Shown here in pieces: positions 25,128-38,001 of a DNA stretch of 64,000 nt. The position numbers and the translations under genes are program-made. Numbering within the stretch: the stretch's first letter is position 1; every line of letters begins with the position of its first letter. The DNA comes from Callorhinchus milii. Taxonomy: Eukaryota. Under the pieces are notes generated by a model, which was given only the letters and a program-made list of their open reading frames with translations, searched no databases and was not told the DNA's origin. The stretch covers positions 682,001 through 746,000 of the forward strand of contig NW_024704771.1 in NCBI RefSeq assembly GCF_018977255.1, given 5' to 3'.

Positions 25128-28100
25128 GTCACATTCTCACCATTGCGCCTGTTATAATTCTTGTAAATTCGCAGGAAGGAACGTCTAAATTTGCCACAGT
25201 GGAAAAGAAAAAATATCACAAAAGGGTTCGGGATCAGAAATCATCGGTGAGTTTTAGCCCAACTCAGTGTGTGTGTGTGTGTGTGTGTGTGTGAGCCCGG
25301 CTCAGTGTGTATCAGCCCGGCTCAGTGTGTATCAGCCCGGCTCAGTGTGTATCAGCCCGGCTCAGTGTGTATCAGCCCGGCTCAGTGTGTATCAGCCCGG
25401 CTCAGTGTGTATCAGCCCGGCTCAGTGTGTATCAGCCCGGCTCAGTGTGTATCAGCCCGGCTCAGTGTGTATCAGCCCGGCTCAGTGTGTATCAGCCCGG
25501 CTCAGTCACTTTCTCCTTGGAGCTGAACTGGCTCCAAGGTGACATGTTTGGCAACGGATGTCCGAATGGAGCCAGACCTCTGTGACAGTTTCTAGTCTGG
25601 TTCCTGGGCCAGGCCGGGCCACAGGATCCCAGGGCACTCACTGCTGCTGACAGCCCGGCCCGGCCCGGCCCGGCTCATCGGCAGGACCTGGAAGTGCCGA
25701 CCAGTCACTTCAATTATTCAATCCACTATCGTGCACACAGACCACGTAGACCTTTTGCCCCGGGGCAAAGGCTCAAGCGTATTGTGATTCCTGCTTTACT
25801 CAGGAACTGGGCAATTTCGACCACCCGATAGCGTGTTTGACTGTTACTTGTTAGTTATCAGTGGGTGACAGCGTATCCTCCTTCCTCCCCGAGGCCAGCG
25901 ATTGCCTGACTCCCTACCAACCTGCCCGCTCCCTCTGTTCGGCGGGCCCCGGGCTGCTCCATGTCTCCCGCCCGACCCGCCCAAACCATCGGTGGCCGGG
26001 CTTTCAGCCTCTCCGCCCCCACACTCTGGAACTGCATCCCACGGTCCCTTGGCCTCGCTTCCTCCCTTTGCCTCCTTCAAGGCCGGTCTCAAGATCCTTC
26101 TCTTCGACCGCGCCTTTGGTCTCCCTCCCACCTCCGTGCCTTCCCTCCCCCCTACCCCACCCCTGCCCCACGCTCGGTCCCCGACCCCTGACTGTCCAGC
26201 GCCTTGGGACGTCCTCCCGACGCGAAAGGCGCTCTATAAATGTCATTTTGCTGTTGTTGTTGTTTCAATCTTTTCATGCTGACCGCTGCCTCTTAACTGA
26301 GGGAAACACCTTCATGTTATTAACCGATGTTTCGGGTACAAAACGGTGTTATTTGCCATTTTGGTTCACGTGAGCAAGAGATTAACAACTTAACGTTTGA
26401 GATTGGATTATAAATTTCACGGCATAGATCATATTCTAACGTGACTGACACTCTGTGTTACAGGGCACGGTTCCTTATCTCGGCACTTTCCTCACTGACC
26501 TGGTAATGTTGGACACAGCGGTGAAAGACTACACTGAGGTAACTCCTCTCTATCACTCTCCCACCTCCGTCTCTCCCTCTCTCTCTCAGTCTCTCCATCT
26601 CTCGGTCAGACTCTCCCTCTCCGTCTCGCCCCCTCTCTCTCTCTATCAATCTCTCCCCCTCCGTCTCACTCTCTCTCTATCAGTCTCTCCCTCTCCCCCT
26701 CTCTCCCTCCATCTCGACCTCTCTCTTTAATAGCCTCGCCTTCCATTTCGCCCTCTCTCTCTATCAGTCTCTCCTCCTCTCTTTCAGTCATGCCCTCTCG
26801 CCATCAGTCACTCCTCCTCTCCATCAATCTCTATCCCTCCGCCTCTCCTTCTCTGTCTCATTCTCTCTCTATCCGTCTCTCCCTCCATTTTGCCCTCTCT
26901 CTATCAGTCTCTATCCCTCTCTATCAGTCTCTCCCTCCATCTCTCCTTCCTCTATGGAGGGGTAGAGACTGATAGAGAGGGGGAGAGACTGACAAATTAT
27001 TATTATTCGTCAGTCCCTCCCCCTCTCTATCAGTCTCTACCCCTCCATTTCACCCCTCTCCCTCCGGCTCTCCCTCTCTATCAGTCTCTCCCTCTCCGCC
27101 TTTGCCCATCGCTGTAATGTTAGTTACACACTCGACCTGGCGGTGCAGCTATTCCACGGATCCGTTTTCTTGTGTTCTTATGGATAGTTTTCTTCCAGGA
27201 AATAATATTATGGGATATAGTTTGGGACATATGTGCAGGCGACAACCAGGAAGGTGGAAGGGGAAACAGTTGGACCTTTTTTGGCCTCGCACTTCTTATG
27301 TTCTTATGATGAACTGGCTCCCTATCACACACTAAACTCCTACCCCCATCACAAAGTTCTCGCCAGGCTCCACCGGCTCCCCATCGCACACACTTATCTC
27401 CATTCCCCCATCACCCCAGTTAATGTTATCTCTCTTATCTTTTTTCTCTTTCTTCCAAGGATGGATTAATTAATTTTGACAAACACAGAAAGGTAACTAT
27501 TGCCTCTGAATTCTGACTCTGTCCTCTCTCACCTCGTGCTGGGGTGGGGTGGGGTGGGGTGGCGGGGGTGTGTTGGGGCTGAGCGCTGTGTGGTACCTCT
27601 CCCCTCTTCCTATGCCTTCATGCCCTCGCACCTCCCTACCTCTCCGACCTGCTTACTCCCCGACTCACTACCCGCAAGCTCTGCTCAACCTGTCTCTCAT
27701 ACCCCTCCATTCCACCATTGGTGGCCACACTTTCACACACATTAAACTCCATACCCCCATCAGCCCAGTCCTTGCCAGACTCCACTGGCTCTCTATCACA
27801 CACTAAACTCCTACCTCCATCACCATATTTCTCGTCAGGCTCCACTGCCTCCCCATCACACACTAAACTCTGTATCCCCATCACCACAGTCCTCTCCAGG
27901 CTCCACTTGCTGCCTATCACACATTAAACTCCGTACCCCCCATTCTTACTGTCCTGTTCTGTTGTGTCGGTGACCTTAGGAGTTTGAGATCATTGCCCAG
28001 ATTAAGCTGTTGCAGTCCGCGTGTAAAAATTACGCAATCGAGAAAGACCCTGAGTTCCTGGCCTGGTTTTACTGGCTCCAATCTCTGAGTGAGACAGAGA

Positions 28101-30840
28101 GGTAAGTGTCTCTCCTTCTCTCCCAAAAGTTATACGAGAAAATCGCCATAAGCATAGAGTACAAAAGCAAGGAAGTTATGCTGGACCTCTATAAGTCACT
28201 GGTTAGGCCTCAGCGAGAGTATTGTGTCCCAATTCTGGGCACCACACTTTAGGAAGGATGTCAAGGCCTTGGAGAAGGTGCAGAGACGATTTACCAGAAT
28301 GGGACCAGGGATGAGGGGCTTCCGTTACATGGAGAGACGAGAGAGCCTCCTTAGAGCAGAGAAGGTTGAGGGGAGATTTAATAGAGATGTTCACAATTCT
28401 GAGGGGTTTTGATGGAGAGATAGGGAGAAACTGTTTCCTCTGGTGGGTGGGTCAGTAACCAGGGCACACAGATATAAGATAATTGTCAAAAGAACCAGAT
28501 GGGGAGACGAGGAGATTTTTGTTTTGCACTGGGAGTTACGGTCTGGAATGCATTGCCTGAAAGGGTGATGGAAAGAGATTTGACAACAACTTTAGAAAGG
28601 AAATTGGACAGGTACTTGAAAAGGAAACATTTGCAAGGACATGGGGAAAGAGCGGGGAAGTGGGGCTGATTGGGTACCTCTTCCAAAGAGCTGGCACAAG
28701 CACGGTGACCCGAATGGCCTCCTTCTGAGCTGCAATATTCGATGTCTGTCTCATCGTGGAGGCCTGTAGCGTAGTGGTTAGAGCACTCGCCTGGCAAGCG
28801 AGAGGACCAGGGTTTGATACTCGGGCAGGGAGGAACCTTGGGCAAGTTTCCTTGCTCTACATGCCTCTGTTCACCAAGCAGTAAGTCGGAGCCTGGTTGT
28901 TCGGTGAAAGGCGGTTCACATTTCCAGGGGTAAGAAGCCCTTAAAAATAAAATTTGGTCAATCAATCCACGGCTGTTTGTGGGACACCGCCGGACGCAAT
29001 TGGCTGCCACTTTGCGCCCAGAAAATATACGGGCAATTCACCTTACGGTATTTATGTCGTGCCTCATGCAGTGCAGCATCTCAGAGGGGTTTGCAAAGTC
29101 TCAGGACCTGATTATGCGCCATATCCCACATACGCTTCACCTGTCTCCCACCCCAGACCTCCGTCAACACCCTCCTCTTGCAGCCTTCAGCCACCATCTT
29201 ATCCCTCCCCTCCACCCACCCACCCCCCCACCGATCCCAACCCCAACTCAGGTCCAAAACCCTGACACTCCAGTGCCTCGGGACGTCCTCCCCCCCACCG
29301 TGAAAGATGCGTAAATGCCATTTGTTGTACCAAATGCAAAGGATTATTATATCATTATAATATTTTGTAAAGCGACTGACACCTTCACAATTCCGTGTGT
29401 TTATTCCCCTGGGTCTCATGCGCGAGTGTCCAGGAAATTAGTCTTGAAGCGAACGAGCGATTTTATCTGTCGGCCAGGACCCCAGGAGAGAAACTCCCTT
29501 CTCTCCCCCCTACACTCACCCCCACCACCACCCTTTAATGTCCGCCTGAACAGGGCATAGACGGGGAGTGGGGTTTAAGGTCTCTGTCGAAGGACGGAGT
29601 CTCTGACAATGTGGCGCTCTCTCTCTCTCTCTCTCTCCTTCGCTGGAGCACCAACCTGGACAAAGGGAGCTCAGTGTCCCCAACATGTAGGGGGATCGAA
29701 CCCAAACCTCCTGCCTCGGGGGGTGAGAGACTGAGTGACCTCTTGAAGTAAAAGCTGCCGTGTCAGACATTGCAATTTTTATTATTTTTATTATCATCAT
29801 TATTATTAATCCACGACTGTTTGTGCGGACGCTGCTGCGCGCAATTGGCTGCTGATTCCGCACACAAAATACACAGTTAATTCGCTCTACGGTGTATTCT
29901 GCAAAGCGCTTGGCATTTTAGGTGAGGATGGAGGCAGCTTGGGGGGGGGGGGGTGGGAGGGAGGGGGAATGCCCTTCAAAGCATCTCAAAGTGTTTCCCA
30001 GAATATACGGTAAGCTACGTGACTGTATATTTTGTGGGCGAAATGCGACAGTGTCCCACAAACAGCCATGGACTGAAGGGATTATTACCAGATCCTCCAA
30101 TCGACTAACAACCGGGTTCCCATCTACTGCTTCCCTCCGCCCTCGCTCGCCCCCTCACTCACTCCCTGTCTCGGCCGCTCGCTGACACACTCTCTCGCCT
30201 CCCAATAATAATAATCCTTGCGTTTGAAATAGCGTCCTATCACATCTTCAGGACGTCGCAAAAGCGCTTTGTGGAATGTACTGTAAAGGGAATCGACTGA
30301 GTATTTTGTGGGTGAAACACGGCAGCCAATCGCGCACAGCAGCGTCCCGCAAAGAGCCGTGGATTGAGTGACCGCATTATTATTATTTTTCTTTTCTGAA
30401 GGGATTGGTAACCCCAGAATAGCGATCCGCCAATCGACTAACAACCGGGTTCCTACTTACTGCCGGGTCAACAGAGGTGTGTAAGGAAGTAAGGAAACGT
30501 CCCTAAGATTTCGCCCGACATGGGAATTGAACCCAGGTCCTCTCGCTTGCGAGACGAGTGCTCTAACTGATACGCTACAGGATGAGATCTTAATATAATT
30601 CTGTTATTTTCCAGTTATCAGCTGTCATGTGAGATCGAGCCCCTGACTGAGATCAGCAGTAACCCCGCAAAGTTTCAACCAACACTAATCGTCACAGCGT
30701 GGGAAGAGTAAGTCATGTGGGGGTAAGATTATGGGTTCAAGCCCACCCCCCCCCAGCGCCCCCACCGCCAGTCTGCTTGACCCAATCACCGGGGTCTCTG
30801 GCTCACAGTCCAGGCCGATGCTGGGAGAGCGCGAGAGAGG

Positions 30841-30874
<34 letters not shown>

Positions 30875-33800
30875 CGCATTGTCACAGAGACTGTTCTTCA
30901 ATTGAGACATTGAACCTCACTCCCCCGTTTGTGTCCTGTTCAGGCGGACATTAAAGATCTCCACAGGGTTGTCAGAGAGGTGGGTGGGAATGAGGGAAGT
31001 TTCTCTCCTGGTGTCCTGGCCGATGGATAACACTTTGCGTGCACATTGGGCTGCTGCGCTCGCCCGCAAAACAGAGTCACTACACTTTACAGTGAGCCAT
31101 GTCTGGCTTGTCCAGCTGGGACCACTCTACCCATTAGGGCTTCGGCTTGCAGGGTTCCCGGGAGCTGAGTGGGATGACTCCTCCCTGCCCCCAGTGACTG
31201 GTCGGCCCTTCCGGTGGGGTGGGGGAGGGGAGGGGTAGGGTTTTGGGGCGCAGCGAGGATTTGGACATCTTTATTGCGGGTCTGATGACCGTCCATATTC
31301 TCTGTTTCAGGGCCCCATCCGCCCGGGGAGACCCCACTTTGTTCGGCGACGCCCAGAGCCCCACCCAGGACCCCGCCCTGGACCATCTCCTCAGCCCCTT
31401 CTCCAACTTGCTCTCCAAGGTCACCAAGGTAACAACCAATGGCGGTTCCTGTCACTGATTCCTCCCCTCCCCTCCCTGCCTGTCCCCTTCCCCCCCTCCG
31501 TCTACACTTTGCTGTGAGACCGTGGCAGGTGCTTCTGGCTGTATGGCCAGTGTTTCTCAGTACCCTGTCTAACGCACAGTCACTACACGTCAGGCCCTGT
31601 CCCTCAGTCTGCGAGGATTTTACAGTGAGCAAACACTAACAATGCCCCGCCACCCCCCAGGGCATCATAACCCCACCCACAGGGCACCATACCCTGCCCC
31701 CAGGGCACCATACCCTGCCCCCAGGGCACCATACCCTGCCCCCCAAAACATCATAACCCCGCCCATAGGGCACCATATCATGCCCCCAGGGCATCATAAC
31801 CCCACCCCCAGGGCACCATAACCTCGCCCCCCAGGGCATCATAACCCCACCCCCAGGGCACCATAACCCTGCTCCCAGAGCATCATTTCCCCGCCCCGGG
31901 GCATCATAACGCCACCCCCAGGGCATCGTAACCACCCTCCCTCCACAAAGGATCATAAACTAGCCCGTGAGGGCACCAGAAACTGGGAACCATGATAGGG
32001 AGACAGAGAGGGAGAGACCGATAGAGAGAAGGCCCCAGCTTCTCTCTCTGCCCCTGGTCTCTCTCTGCCCCTGGTCCCTCTCTGCCCCTGGTCCCTCTCT
32101 GCCCCTGGTCCCTCTCTGCCCCTGGTCCCTCTCTGCCCCTGGTCCATCTCTGGCCCTGGTCCCTCTCTGGCCCTGGTCCCTCTCTGGCCCTGGTCCCTCT
32201 CTGCCCCTGGTCCCTCTCTGGCCCTGGTCCCTCTCTGCCCCTGGTCCCTCTCTGCCCCTGGTCCCTCTCTGCCCCTGGTCTGGCCTCTCTCTCTGTCCTG
32301 GTGGCCTGGGCAGCGAGTACTGGACAGTTGAGGGTGTCACGGCTCTCTCGCTCTCTCTCTCTCTCTCACACACAGTGGAGTCCTGTAACATAGTGGTAAG
32401 AGCACTGGCCTTGCAAACGAGAGGTCCTGGGTTCGATTCCCGGGCAGTTCTGTTCAGGGCAAGTTTCCTTACTCCACACACGCCCATGTTCACCAAACAG
32501 TAAAGCAGGAATCCGGTCGTTAGTCGATCGGTGCATCGCTTTTCCAGGGGGTAATAATCCCTTCAAAACATAACAATAATAATTTGGTCACTTCAATCCA
32601 CGACTGTTTGTGGGACAGACACTGCTATGCGCAATTGTCTGCCGCGTTTCGCCCACAAAACATACGGTCAATTCACTTACGGTACGTCCTGCTAAGCGCT
32701 ACCTTGACGAAGCGATGAGACGCTATTATCCGATGGTAAGGTTATGTGTCCCTCTCTCCATTTTCCAGCACAAGAAATGGCCCTCCGTCTCCACGCTGGA
32801 CTCCGTGGGGTTAAACCCTCCCCCCCCAGCACACCCTGCCATCCCTCCCCCCGCGGAGTCTATCCCCAGGGGGCATCGCCGCTCTGCTTCGTGCGGGGCT
32901 CAGACCCCCTGCAGCCCCCAGCCCGGGCCCCCCCAGAGCGACACACGCATCATACGTGTCAGACTGGATATCGACAACGGCAACATGTACAAGAGTATTC
33001 TGGTGAGAGCGCACACACCTGTGTCACACAGACAGAGGGAGGGAGAGAGAGGGAGAGAGTGTGTGAGAGAGAGCCAGAGAGAGAGAGAGAATTGAGAGAG
33101 AGAATGTGAGAAATACAGACAGAGAGAGAGACAGAGAGAGTGAGAAAGACAGGAGTGAGAGAGAGAGAGTGAAAGAGAAAGACACAGAGGAAGATTCCCA
33201 CACTCTCTGTGTGACATTTAATAAAGGTGATCAAAATTATGAGGGGTTTTGGTAAAGTAGACAGAGACCGGGCAAAAACTGTTTCCTCCGGCAGGTGGGT
33301 CAACAACAACAACAAAATTACATTTATATGGCGCCTTTCACATCGGGAGGACATCCCAAGGCGCTGGACAGAGTTTCGGACCTGAGCTGGGGGTTGGGAT
33401 GGGGGAGCGTGGAGAGCAGGGGGGGAAGCAGGGAGATCGAAAGCACGGTCAAAGAGGAGGGTCTTGAAGGTGGCGAGGGAGGGGGCGAGGCAGAGGGACT
33501 GCGGAAGGCTTGCCCGCCGATAATGGGACGAGCGAGGCGGGGGACGTGAAGCAGGCTGGAGCCCGCTGAGCGGAGGGAGCGAACAGGGTGGTAGCGGGTT
33601 AGGAGGTCGGAGAGGTAGGGGGGAGCAAGGCCATGGAGGGCTTTGAAGGTGAGGACCAGGATCTTGAACTGTATCCTCTATGCGATGTGAAGACAGTGGA
33701 GTCGGGCGAGAGTGGGGGAGATGGGGTCACGGAGTTTGGTGCGGGAGAGGACACGGGCTGCAGAGTTCCGGATGATCCGCAGCCTGTGGAGGGAGGGGTT

Positions 33801-35067
33801 ACCACGGCAAATAGATTCATGATAATTGGCAAAAGAACCAGAGGGGAGACGGGGAGAAATGTTTTTTTTTACGGAGAGGGTTGTTACGGTCTGGAATGAA
33901 CAGCCTGAAAGGGTGGAAACAGCTTCAATAACAACTTCCAAAAGGGAATTGGTTCGGTACTTGATAAGGAAAGTTTGCAAGGGTGTGGGGAAAGAGTGGG
34001 ACTGATTGGGTAGCTCTTCCGAAGAGCCGGCTCAGGCTCAGTGGGCCGAATGGCCTCCTTCTGTGCTGTAATGTTCTATGATTTTATGATTCGAGGTGTC
34101 GAGCCAGGATAAGACACGGGCAGTGGTGGGGAAAGCTCTGGAGAAGCATAACCAGGACCCGAGCGAGGCATCCAACTGGAACCTGGTACAGCTAATGGAC
34201 GGACAGAAAGGTAACACACATCACAGTCATGTGATGACTCCTTCGTATCTCATAATATTGTTGATGTTGATGGTAATGATCAGACTCTCATACACTCACC
34301 TCACAACCCCCAACACCCCAAATAATCACTCTCATACCCTCACACTCCCTCATACCCCAAACACTCCCCACTTCGCACACACACACACCCTTATACACCA
34401 ACTCTCACACCACCAACACTTCCCCCGCGACCACACACACCCTTATACCCACATCCTCACTTCGAACACTCTCACCGTTACACACCCCTCAATACCCACC
34501 ACCCCCACACACACACCTCACCCCCAAGACTCCTCCCACACACACACATCCTCATACCCTCAACCCCCCTCAATGTTATTAATAATAATGTTATTGTTGG
34601 TATTATAATTAATATTACAATTAATATTGTTACTAATTGCTCTAGTTCCAAACCCTGACTGTCCAACGCCTTGGGATGTCCTCCCCTCGTGAAAGTGAAT
34701 GACATCTGTTGGAGATGTTGATGTTGATGACCTTGTTGGTGGTGATGATGATGATGTTGTTGGTGCTGATGTTGTTGGTGTTGTTATTTCAACGTTGTTA
34801 TTGATGTTGTAGTTGAAGTTATTAATGTTCGTGTTGTTGAAGTTATTAATGTTCGTGTGGTTGATGTTGATTTTGTTGTTGTCAATGTTGTTGACACTAA
34901 TATTCTTGTTGTCGACAGAGTTGACCATTCCCCACAATGCCAATGTCTTCTACGCCATGACCTCCTCCAGCATTGATTTCCTGTTGCGGGGGAAGGGGAC
35001 TGAGAGCGGCACTTCCTTCCCCAAGATCAAGTCCAAGGGGATGAAGATCTCCAGAACCTTGTTCTAA
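16827..35067 (+). CDS. RGL2: Ral guanine nucleotide dissociation stimulator-like 2 (REM-CDC25-RA). Exons: 16827-16889, 18380->18533 (gap), 20901-21049, 22324-22539, 23275-23378, 23658-23742, 25175-25246, 26464-26538, 27460-27492, 27980-28101, 30615-30707, 31311-31428, 32769-33002, 34096-34210, 34919-35067. 5' exons missing
   Basis: REM ([14 protein letters not shown]), CDC25 ([51 protein letters not shown]) and RA domain ([24 protein letters not shown]...[11 protein letters not shown]). RGL2-specific features as recalled: [20 protein letters not shown] and C-terminal [17 protein letters not shown]. All junctions from 20901 to the stop are GT-AG and phase-consistent, as is 16889/18380. Confidence 0.92.
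16940..17256. repeat. 7-nt minisatellite CACCC(G/A)G
   Basis: Tandem GGCACCC/AGCACCC running into an N gap. Confidence 0.9.
17410..18040 (+). mobile_element. L2 LINE 3' fragment with internal duplicated segments
   Basis: [12 protein letters not shown]...; the segment CCCCATCACCCCCAGCCCTCGCCAGCCCCCACTGG occurs several times. Confidence 0.65.
18695..19530. repeat. (TCAC)/(TCCC) low-complexity tract
   Basis: Visible directly. Confidence 0.9.
20340..20770. repeat. C-rich minisatellite (CCCCCTGGCTCCCCCCCT-like)
   Basis: Degenerate tandem units with long C runs. Confidence 0.85.
21060..21420. repeat. ACACCTGACACACACTCTT-type minisatellite
   Basis: Degenerate tandem units directly after an RGL2 donor site. 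Confidence 0.85.
22817..23050 (+). mobile_element. tRNA-derived SINE (older copy)
   Basis: TGGAGTCCTGTAGCTCAGTGGTTAGAGCCCTCGCCTCGCAAGCGAGAAGACCCGGGTTCGATTCCC head followed by a diverged core. Confidence 0.8.
23740..25135. repeat. GA/GT then CT low-complexity tracts
   Basis: Visible directly; intronic to RGL2. Confidence 0.9.
25292..25506. repeat. 20-nt minisatellite CAGCCCGGCTCAGTGTGTAT (about 11 perfect copies)
   Basis: Exact 20-nt periodicity. Confidence 0.95.
25860..26265 (+). mobile_element. L2 LINE 3' end
   Basis: [18 protein letters not shown]...[11 protein letters not shown] followed by the tail CTGTCCAGCGCCTTGGGACGTCCTCCCGACGCGAAAGGCGCTCTATAAATG(TTG)n. Confidence 0.85.
28145..28745 (+). 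mobile_element. CR1 LINE 3' end
   Basis: [24 protein letters not shown], then a CR1 3' UTR ending GAATGGCCTCCTTCTGAGCTG. Confidence 0.9.
28757..29100 (+). mobile_element. tRNA-derived SINE
   Basis: Head TGGAGGCCTGTAGCGTAGTGGTTAGAGCACTCG plus the family core. Confidence 0.75.
30204..30582 (-). mobile_element. tRNA-derived SINE
   Basis: Reverse-strand head, core and (TTA)n tail. Confidence 0.8.
31645..31935. repeat. CCCCAGGGCA(C/T)CATA-type minisatellite
   Basis: Degenerate units of about 19-21 nt. Confidence 0.85.
32045..32280. repeat. 17-nt minisatellite GCCCCTGGTCCCTCTCT
   Basis: 17-nt period, which gives the 17-aa periodicity seen in the ORF track. Confidence 0.9.
32376..32735 (+). mobile_element. 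tRNA-derived SINE
   Basis: Head TGGAGTCCTGTAACATAGTGGTAAGAGCAC...GGGTTCGATTCCC plus core. Confidence 0.8.
33210..34080 (+). mobile_element. CR1 3' end interrupted by an antisense L2 3' fragment (about 33302-33790)
   Basis: CR1 sequence stops at GGTGGGTCAAC, an L2 reverse-strand (AAC)n tail follows, and CR1 resumes at ...ATAATTGGCAAAAGAACC. Confidence 0.75.
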
Positions 35068-36350
35068 CCACTTCACAGCCCAAGCTTCCTGCTCAGGGAG
35101 CGAGCGAGGGTGCGAGTGAGTGAGCTTCTGTCTAAGGCCTGAGGTCCATGTAATTCCCCCACTTTCAAACCCCGATGATGTCTGTGCCCATACATCAGCC
35201 ACCACCCACCCTCCCCTCCCCTGCCCTGCCCTCTCACCTCCTCGCGTCCCCTCTCCGCCTCCCCTCTGAGAGAGCGTTTAAGATTGTGAAAGAATTTGAT
35301 AAGGTGGAGAGACCTCAGTCACTTGCTCTCTCACCTCTGAGTCGGGAGGTTGTGGGCTTGAGCCCCCCACAAGTCAGGGACTCTGAGCTCACATTCCTGA
35401 TGCTCCAAGAAGTGCGCTGAGAGGACAGAGGGTGAGAGAGGGTCTCATTGTCAGAGACCTTGAACATCGCTCCCGTCTGTGCTCTGTTCAGAAAGATGTT
35501 AAAGTTTGCCCCCTGGGTGGGGTGCGGCGGGGATGTGGGGTAGGGGGTGGGGGGAGAGGAGAGTTTCTCTCCAGGTGTCCTGGCCGACAGGTAAAATCAC
35601 TCACTCACTCGCTTCCCGGCTGTCTGTGAGGATATTGCTGCGCGCAAATTGGTTGCCGCGTTTCGACCGCAAAACACAAGTCACTACACTTTACAATATA
35701 TTCCTGTGAAGCACTTTGAGATGCCTCAATGGCAATGAAAGGCGCTGTATAAATGCAAATTTTGTTATATTGCGATTATATAAAGTTGTTTGTGTTCCAT
35801 TAATACAGTAAAATGAGTATTTTATATTCAAATAAATACGTAGTCCAGGTGAACTGCCTATCTGTCTCTCTTCGTGTGTAGCTGTCACCTCGAATCATAC
35901 AATTATACACGAGGCCATTCGGCTCATTGTGTCTGTGTCGGCTCTTTGTGAAGAGCTTTTCCAAGTCAACCCCTCTCCCCCACTCTCTCCCCTTAGCCCT
36001 GCAAACTCGTCCTCCCCAAATAATTATCTTCCTTCTCTCTTAAAAGTTGTTGTGAAATCGGCTTTGCAATGCATTCCAGATCCCAACAACTCGTTGGGTG
36101 AAAACATTTTTCCCCACCGCCCCTCTGTTTTAAACTATTTTAAATTGCGGAGTCCTTTAACTCATTGGTTAGAGCCCTCGCCTCGCAAGCGAGAGGACCT
36201 GAGTTTGATTGCCGGGTAGGGCAAAATGTTGACATCTGAACAACATGAGAAGCACCACATCAGTCGCAAAGATTATTATAGTTTGATGCCAAACTATAAT
36301 ATATATTATATCATAATATATAAGGGAATGTGTGGACTCTCCAAATATAT

Positions 36351-36685
36351 GGAGTCCTGTAGCTCAGTGGTTAGAGCACTCGCTTTGCAAGTGAGAGACC
36401 TGAGTTCAATTCCAGGCAGAGGGTGAAACCTTGGGCAAGTTTCCTTACTCCACACAGAGCCTAATAATAATCCCTCCAAAACTAAAAACAATAATTAAAT
36501 TGGTCATTTTCAATCTACGACTGTTTGTGGGACATTGCTGTGCGCAATTGGCTGCCGCGTTCGCCCAAAATATACAGTCAATTCACTTTACAGTGTGTTC
36601 TGTGAAGCGCTTTGGGACGTCCTCCCAACGTGAAAAGCACTATATCAAATGCAAGGATTATTATTATTATTATTATTATTATTAT
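36351..36685 (+). mobile_element. Full-length tRNA-derived SINE
   Basis: Very similar to the 7672 and 15977 copies, with a long (TAT)n tail. Confidence 0.9.
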
Positions 36686-36869
36686 CACCCACTCCCTGGT
36701 CACAATGGCTGTTGCCAACCTCCTGGTCATATTCACTGGGCTGATATACCATTCCCGCCTTTAGTCTGAAATGGGTCTGAAATGCTGTACTCTGTCCAGC
36801 ACCTTGGGATGTTCTCCCGACGTGAAAGGCGCTATACAAATGTAATCTTGTTGTTGTTGTTTAGGGCCT

Positions 36870-37340
36870 TTGCCTTATTTAGCGTCATTGTAAACCCACT
36901 GCTTCCCTTCATCCTCATCCTCCTGTTCGACTCCCTGACCATCAGGTATGTGCTGGTGGCCAGCAGGATGCGCCAGGGTCTTCGGGGGTCTGTGAAAGGG
37001 AGGGATGTGGAGAACCGGCAGAAATCCATAATCCTGTTCTTTACCATCTCGGGCATGTGGTCTGCTCCATGTTTGTGATGGCAATGGAGGGCAAAGTCCT
37101 GGAGTCTGACTATGGCAGCCCTTCCACCGTCGCTGAGGAGGTGGGTTTACATGATCCAGTTCCTCAGCTCCTGCTCCAACACCTTCATCTAAGGCCTGAC
37201 CCAGACCCAATTCAGGCAGCGCTTCAAATCCATCTGCACTTATTCCATTACTCGCTTGCTGGGCCACTCACAGAACCGTGTTTAGCTCTGCTGCTTTCTT
37301 CTGTCTTCTCAACATTACGCTCACGCACAGACTATGTTAA
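36870..37340 (-). mobile_element. Decayed pogo/Tc5-type transposase fragment (CENP-B HTH to start of DDE)
   Basis: One frame with stops reads LEQELRNWIM*...IVRLQ...HMPEMVKNRIMDFCRF...SNRRMRMKGS, resembling pogo transposases as recalled. Needs an HMM check. Confidence 0.5.
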
Positions 37341-38001
37341 AAATGTTCTGGTATCTCATTGAAATAATAATAATCCCTCGATTGGATCAAGAGCTCTTCA
37401 AGTTGGAAGATGCCTGTTATTGTTTCACAAGATATTCTGTACAATTAGATATCATTCACTCAATCCAGATCATTAATGTTTTAGATTAAAATAAAGACAT
37501 TCTAACACCCTGAAGTGTTACACACTCCACAAATAATACAGATATTCTTTAATTCCCACTGGTACGTTGCTCTTTTCTCCTTTTCAGCTGTTCCATTAGC
37601 TATGATTTTGACGGTTACATTATCAAACGCCATTTTTAAATCCAAATACGCCGCTGAGAACATGAGGAGAGAGAATTGGAATACTTGGAATTGGCTCTCA
37701 CCAATACTTCCCTAAAATTAAGTTAACAGGTTGCATGTTTACCTCATTTCCAGATACAGGAGCAATTAAGTAGTTACATACATCTGTGAAACCCTTTCTC
37801 TGATTTCAATACCCTGAAGCATGGAAACAGACAGACTCCAGATGACCAGAATAAATGAATGAACACAATATATCTCATTAAAAGCGGATAGGAACCTTGG
37901 CTTTATAAATAGAGGCAGAGAGTACAAAAGCAATAAAAAATGGCTGGTTAGGGTCTCAGCTGGAGTATTGTGTCCAATTCTGGGCACCACACTTTAGGAA
38001 A

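Noticed and set aside
37500-37712. Open minus-strand frame of about 66 codons after an AG
   Set aside because: No convincing donor or recognisable domain; it may be part of the adjacent decayed pogo element.
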